A program made the translations under genes and the position numbers. Source: Dudresnaya verticillata (lineage: Eukaryota). From it: DNA of 64,000 bases. Under the pieces are notes generated by a model. The model was not told the origin of the DNA. It did not search any database and saw only the letters and a list, made by a program, of their open reading frames with translations. Position 1 is the first letter of the stretch. Every line of letters begins with the position of its first letter. Below are positions 59,201-64,000 of this stretch, in pieces. The stretch covers positions 1-64,000 of the forward strand of contig OZ374564.1 of NCBI GenBank assembly GCA_977862235.1. The letters are read 5' to 3'.

Positions 59201-59800
59201 GTGGCGGTGACGCCAGACGGGCGGCACGTCGTGTCCGGGTCGGGGGACAAGACGTTGCGGGTGTGGGAGTTGGGGAGCGGCAAGCCCGTGGGGGAGCCGT
59301 TGCACGGTCACAATAATTCGGTGCGGTGCGTGGCGGTGACGCCAGACGGGCGGCACGTCGTGTCCGGGTCGTCGGACGGGACGTTGCGGGTGTGGGAGTT
59401 GGGGAGCGGAAAGCCCGTGGGGGAACCGAAAGCGTTTTCGTCATGGGTTGCGAGCGTTGAATGTTTTGGGGCGAGTACTGTGAAGGCTCGTGCTTGGAAT
59501 GGGAATGAACGTTACTATGAGGTGAGTGGAAATGGTCTGCGGGAGATTGATGCGGCTGTTGGAAGAGTTCGTGAGAATGAAGTGCTGCGCGGGAGTGGAA
59601 GCCATCGGAGCGGGTCTGCAGCGGAGGCTGTCGTACGGGTCTCGGGGCGGTCAGTGCGCCTCGGGCAGGACGGGCCGATTCTCGCGACCCTTCCGACAGC
59701 TTTGGCCGAGCCTGGGACGTGGGACTACAATGCTGCGGAAGGTCGACTGGTCGTCGGGCTTCGAGACGGACGTGTGTTGGCGTTGGAGGTGGAGACGTAA
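56243..59800 (+). CDS. MLKL-like four-helix-bundle / protein kinase / WD40-repeat protein
   Basis: Intronless ORF. Kinase motifs GEGGFSRV, VAVK, HRDVKPEN, DFG, MPPE and DVWSFG; 8 WD40 repeats; amphipathic helical N-terminal ~130 aa. Confidence 0.92.
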   Translation: MVDSVLSLLETSIKVVQHIRNSLEARKQNATSFVTIANGIQRIRLAYQDFRNNHYLSAIHDDVSSHIRAELEMVQPHLEALSQQVDKRKPLRLLLGAIEAREAIIKVQSLVTGLERHLDACRLMVKHFQIHDSRLSEIYELLHKHVIKEVPSSSSAGDVTAQDEVVSIDATSARLQGTDPSSSSSPSQTSPHSPGPTMSIQSEQLDKEEEDEIQFISSLPMAMKLIAKSDVPEDVKRKLQQKIDDFQTRWELKFDDLVFEKGRRGGWVELGEGGFSRVYKAKLRQGETFLEVAVKELKVKKPELEKFKPKFLREVHGLIQYRHRCILEAHGAIWAKSDETEDGHNPMIVLERMTCSLHEAIQECSAAVEDMAVRKGIALDVAAALAHLHEKSVVHRDVKPENVLLCVRNSEVVRPAKLCDFGVSREVQVTKQMEAYALRSSRGAASGTVVFMPPEVLKDQRKAPTRPSWDVWSFGLLLCFLGGGATSFSELDFINALGLAREDQLGAVAREWADSIGDEAMRTAALRCLQSKWKERCTMADVVAIISQGIPAPSDTEFASLLLDPRWMTIDSSPLDIPGWKENVKELRWACLANGLVGEEDFDAGMKLLRSAARESWPFIFRNPRELMFQMQSRLVDSCDESWLVRRYLETASKVSPTPRVRSLTRCWNIPGGRQEMEIPCADSVWSLAVTGDEGKAVAGIGSKVVLIDLESSVVIREYIGHESAVECVAVTPDGRHVVSGSGDKTLRVWELGSGKPVGEPLRGHTSWVRCVAVTPDGRHVVSGSEDKTLRVWELGSGKPVGEPLPGHTSSVECVAVTPDGRHVVSGSRDKTLRVWELGSGKPVGEPLRGHTRWVWSVAVTPDGRHVVSGSWDKTLRVWELGSGKPVGEPLRGHTDWVRCVAVTPDGRHVVSGSEDKTLRVWELGSGKPVGEPLRGHTSWVRCVAVTPEGRHVVSASGDRTLRVWELGSGKPVGEPLPGHTDWVRCVAVTPDGRHVVSGSGDKTLRVWELGSGKPVGEPLHGHNNSVRCVAVTPDGRHVVSGSSDGTLRVWELGSGKPVGEPKAFSSWVASVECFGASTVKARAWNGNERYYEVSGNGLREIDAAVGRVRENEVLRGSGSHRSGSAAEAVVRVSGRSVRLGQDGPILATLPTALAEPGTWDYNAAEGRLVVGLRDGRVLALEVET
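58403..59434 (+). repeat. Eight tandem 129-bp (43-aa) WD40 coding repeats
   Basis: GH...VAVTPDGRHVVSGS.D.TLRVWELGSGKPVGEP with an exact 129-nt period. Confidence 0.97.
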
Positions 59801-60407
59801 AGGAAAGCAAAGGCGATGTCGAGTGCGGAGAAAGTGTGTTGCGCCATTGCAGAGAAGAGGAAGAAACTCAGCGACGGGGAGCGCGGCGCTCTAAGAAGTG
59901 GCAGACGATGCGTTCCGCGTTCTGCGCGCTGGTTGGGCGTGCAGCGCGCGTCTGGACACGTGCGTCGTTTTGTGTGGGCCGTTGCGCGTCCCTCGTCAGA
60001 GCGCACGCGACCGCCCTTCGGCGCCACGCCTCAAGTGGGAACGGTTTAGACATTGTGACGCACAAAGGTGTTGATCCACAACACCGCTGCTGCTGCAGTT
60101 TGGATCAAGAGACTTGGTCTGCCGGACAACTATGCACAATGGCTTCGCTGTCGGTATGGATTGTTCATTGATGACTGGGCGAGTAGTGAGAATCGGTGCG
60201 CATTGGTCATACTCGACCAAGTCATTCACTGCCTATGGAAGGATTTGGGAAGCTGCCCACATACTGGAAACCGAATAAGCGACCAGACGTGTTGTACACA
60301 AATGAGCTCCATTGTGTTTGATAGCATGTGGAAAGAGCGAGGACACAGCAACTAGCACACCCACAAAGTATGCAATACTACCAGTCGGCATTATATTGTG
60401 ATGCTTG

Positions 60408-60770
60408 ATTTTAATGGTTGTTTAGGGTGGTCTTGTGCGGGCGACGATGGCCCATGGGCAAGCACACCGGCAAGCTACAGTTGTTAAGGTTATTCTTGAT
60501 GACATCCATTAAAAGTATCCTATGACCGGTAAAGGGGGTGGAGCTATCCTTCGGAAAGGGATCAGTTACGTGGGGACCGACTGGATTGTGGGTGGGAAGT
60601 AGACAGGGGAAACGCGTGGCTGCAGGCGTCCCGGATAGATGGGATTGTGTCAGAGATGGCGCAGATATCAGCGGCGAGTGGTTCTGGGAGCGACAGGGCT
60701 TGGAGAGATTGGGCGAGGGGCTGGACCTTCTGTGTTGAATTGGATTGCTTTGTTATGGTAAGGTTAGCAC
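60408..60770 (-). mobile_element. Non-LTR retrotransposon 3' fragment with the shared tail
   Basis: TTTTAATGGTTGTTTAGGGTGGTC...GGGCGAC...GGCCCAT tail. The minus-strand peptide LQALSLPEP...ISDTIPSIR resembles the other fragments. Confidence 0.65.
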
Positions 60771-63093
60771 GATTCTGGGACTCATTGTAATTCTTGTCCG
60801 TGCTATATGTGCATTTAGCTTAAATGAATGACAAATAGGGAAGCGTTGAGTATATAACATGGTCTCCAATGGATCCCGACCTGCAGGCCTCTCAAAACAA
60901 TGGGCTTTCCCTATCTTGGCTGCGCTTATCTCAAGACCAGTAGCACAGCTGTAGCACAGTACAGTTACCCATCGCACCCACAGGCACGGGCAATCGCAAA
61001 GAGCTGATTTCAGAACCTCGATTCACATTGCAGTAGCAAAAGCCTTTGTCCCCAATCTGGCGTAGCGTATAAAACACCACGGTTACGAAGCCGTTAAGAA
61101 GGATTCCAAAGTTGCTTGTTTCATGCATTTGGCCGGAGTATCACAGGTGCCAGAATAAAGCGACAGCAAACCATGCTTTGAATCGTAATTAACAAACAAA
61201 GCGCAATGCACAGTCGTCGGAGATTCACAGTTGCAATGCTCCCTCGGAATGTAATCGGGTCTCCGATACTGAAAATCTCGACATTCAAGCACGGCGGGCG
61301 AGGCGGTGGCCGAAATACGTGATGCTGTTACTGTTTTGTATTTGCGTCATGAGGAGTCTCGCAACATCGCTTACTGATGCAATGTAAAGTGTTGAGTTAC
61401 GTAAGTGTCGTGTGCTACGGAAGCATGGGGCGCGCAAGAGACACCGCACGTACAGGGAACAGACGCGTTTGCTTTGCTATAATGGCTCTTAACGAAAAAA
61501 TTAATGGAAAATTCTATCGAGTGCTCATTATTGCGAGATGATGCCTTAGACAAAAGCCCGATCATCAGACTCACTGCTGTGCCTCGGTTATCAGCAAGTA
61601 AGTGTTCAGGTCTATTCTGACCTACTGGGAGATGCGAGAGACGACCACCTCGCTGATCTTAACTCAGCTTGATCCCTCCATGGCAAGCCCAACATGCACA
61701 GGGAGGCTTCTGCGCTCGATTGTATGCGTCAACCCATCTCGGATAACCCTGGAGTACACCTGGACTCCAATCTTTCTCGCAGCAGCTTCAAGATGCTTAG
61801 TCTCTAGTCCGTATGATGTTGCCTGTTGCATTTATTCGCTGCGGGAAGCATACTCTCCTGACCCGTCCAAACTCACTCGTAAATGAATGCGTTGCATTGC
61901 TGCCAAGAGGCATACGTTGGATGGCCGGCGTCCGCCCCGTTGTACAACACGGACAGAACGTCTTGCACACGTCAATTACAAACGCGTCAAAACAGTTACC
62001 GATTTTCCAAATTACGCTCTGCCGCCGGTCGCCGAAACGAAAGTGCGCAGGTCTGTGTCTTTCGTTTCTCCGCAGCTGCCGTATGGAGCGTGGCGCGAGC
62101 ACCATGGCGCTCAAGGCTGCGTCAACACCAACCGCCACCCACCCGCGCCGAACGCCGTCCGTCGTCCGCACCAACATCTGCCACGCTGCTGCTCGTGGAG
62201 CTCAGCGGCGCCGCCTGTCGACAGCGCCCGCTAGCGGCGGACAAGCTGCGCGCGAAAGCCGCGCCTCCGGGACGCTCGCTGTGGGAACCACAAGCATGCG
62301 CAAGAAGTGTGTGCCGCAGCGTCGGGCACAAGTTGTGCCTGCCTCGCGAGAACGAGATTTGCCGGCGCGTAGTGTATTGCGCGATGGTGGACGGGGAGAT
62401 GTGTGTGCATTCAACGCAGTTGGTCCGGTTGGGTACCGTATGAAGTGCTTGCGCGAGCAATTGTTTGGTGATGCCAACAGTGCAGAACCGTCCCTGGCAA
62501 TGTCCCACCGTCAAGCGCGGAACGCCAATGGCTGACTGATTCTGCTGTGCTTGTTGTCGCTCAAGGGCTGCTTCCGCACTTATGTACTGTACAACAAGTT
62601 TGCCCGTTTGTGCTGATTCGGAGCAGTTCCGACCAATCCCGACAACCCTTTCGACCGCATTTCTTGGCTGCCCTTGCGACTCGGCTGGAGAAGTGTGCAA
62701 GCAGATGAAGTCATACAGCTTCCAGTGACCCGCTTTGTTGCGCCCCGCAGGCGAGTCTGTGACTGAGAATACATCTGAGTTGTGTGACCACGAACGGCGG
62801 TGTCGACATCACAACCGAATTTCAGAAAAACCGCGGAGAACTCACAGACTCGTACGCACCCAACCCGGGCGCACTACCCTTGGTAGACACTGGCCACGCC
62901 ACGAGCCCACAAGCGTTTTCTGCTTCACAAGAACTTTCAAAGTACGAAACAGCAACGGTCTGTTCCCCGTCAACCGCCGCCCAAACTCCGGCTTTTGAGT
63001 CGTTTCCATTATCACCAAGCTCCCCAACTGCCCGATCGAGTACAAGACCAAATTCCGTTGCTTCTTTCTGTTGACTTTTTTTGCCTTCACACG

Positions 63094-64000
63094 ATGGTGG
63101 ACTCTGTGGTTTCTCTCCTCGAGACCAGTATCAAGGTTGTTCAGCACATTCGTAATAGTCTTGAAGCTCGCAAACAAAACGCAACATCCTTCGTGACGAT
63201 AGCCGATGGCATTGAACGTATTCGCTTGGGTTATCAAGACTTTCGCAAGAACCACTACCTCTCCGCCATCCATGACGATGTCAGCAGGCACATCAGCGCA
63301 GAGTTGGAAATGGTTCAGCCCCATTTGGAGGGACTTTCGCAGCAGATAGACAATCGAAGGCCTTTCCGCTCGTTGCTAGGCAGCATCGAAGCTCGTGAGG
63401 CGATCATACAGGTAAAATCCTTTGTGACAGGGCTAGAAAGACACTTGGATGCTTGTCGGCTCATGGTGAAACACTTTCAGATCCATGACTCCCGCCTCAG
63501 TGAAATATATGAACTGTTGCACAAGCATGTCATCAAAGAGGTTCCGAGCTCTTCCTCTGCGGGAGGGGTTACGGTACAAGAAGAGGTGACGGTAATCGAC
63601 GCTACCTCTGCGCGACTTCAAGGAACAGATCCAAGCAGCTCGAGTAGTCCCAGTCAGACCTCGCCCCACTCTCCAGGCCCGACAATGAGTATACAATCTG
63701 AACAGCTTGATAAGGAGGACGAGGACGAGATCCAATTCATATCATCGCTGCCCATGGCGATGAAGTTGATAGCGAAAAGCGATGTCCCGGAAGATGTGAA
63801 ACGGACGCTACAGCAGAAGATAGACGACTTCCAGACTCGGTGGGAGTTGAAGTTTGACGACTTGGTGTTTGAGAAAGACAGAAGGGGGTGGGTCGAGTTG
63901 GGTGAAGGTGGTTTCAGCAGGGTGTACAAAGCGAAGCTCCGCCAAGGTGAAACATTCCTGGAAGTGGCAGTCAAAGAGCTAAAGGTAGAGGAGTCGGAAC
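63094..64000 (+). CDS. Tandem paralogue of the four-helix-bundle/kinase gene (partial, runs off the window)
   Basis: ATG at 63094, collinear with 56243-57150 and open to the window end; upstream homology back to ~62720. Confidence 0.9.
   Translation, partial: MVDSVVSLLETSIKVVQHIRNSLEARKQNATSFVTIADGIERIRLGYQDFRKNHYLSAIHDDVSRHISAELEMVQPHLEGLSQQIDNRRPFRSLLGSIEAREAIIQVKSFVTGLERHLDACRLMVKHFQIHDSRLSEIYELLHKHVIKEVPSSSSAGGVTVQEEVTVIDATSARLQGTDPSSSSSPSQTSPHSPGPTMSIQSEQLDKEDEDEIQFISSLPMAMKLIAKSDVPEDVKRTLQQKIDDFQTRWELKFDDLVFEKDRRGWVELGEGGFSRVYKAKLRQGETFLEVAVKELKVEESE

Noticed and set aside
58403..59434. Diversity-generating retroelement acting on the WD40 repeats
   Set aside because: Variation is not adenine-specific, there is no separate template repeat, and the RTs in the window are LINE and gypsy type.
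58232..59810. Long alternative-frame and antisense ORFs (374, 474 and 297 aa) over the WD40 array
   Set aside because: By-products of a stop-free GC-rich 129-nt repeat; only the WD40 frame is meaningful.

Overview
Left chromosome end of an intron-poor eukaryote. The gene and transposon repertoire suggests a red alga, but that is inference only. 1-1535 is a terminal (CCCCTAAA)n / TTTAGGGG telomere. Out to 14.4 kb the end is a mosaic of segments separated by short, co-oriented internal telomere tracts (1574, 8752, 12417, 14389). Each of those four tracts truncates a telomere-directed ORF, and one segment (8.8-12.4 kb) is a near-identical copy of 15.7-19.3 kb. 14.4-31 kb holds a decaying multi-gene mobile-element-like block: an OrsD-like Zn-finger plus RecQ helicase resembling fungal telomere-linked helicases, a KDZ/Zisupton-type transposase, an unknown gene, a PIF1 helicase and a foldback MITE. 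33-51 kb is mostly decayed retroelements: several LINE-like fragments sharing a conserved 3' tail, and a truncated Ty3/gypsy element carrying 15 copies of a palindromic 9-mer. Among them lie broken host genes (COR-TIR, EF-hand, UPF1-like helicase). The right end carries a small secreted Cys-rich peptide and two tandem paralogues of a candidate immune gene. The complete copy combines an MLKL-like four-helix bundle, an intact kinase and eight near-identical WD40 repeats that vary almost only at predicted ligand-face residues. All domain calls are from motif recognition by eye; no searches were run.
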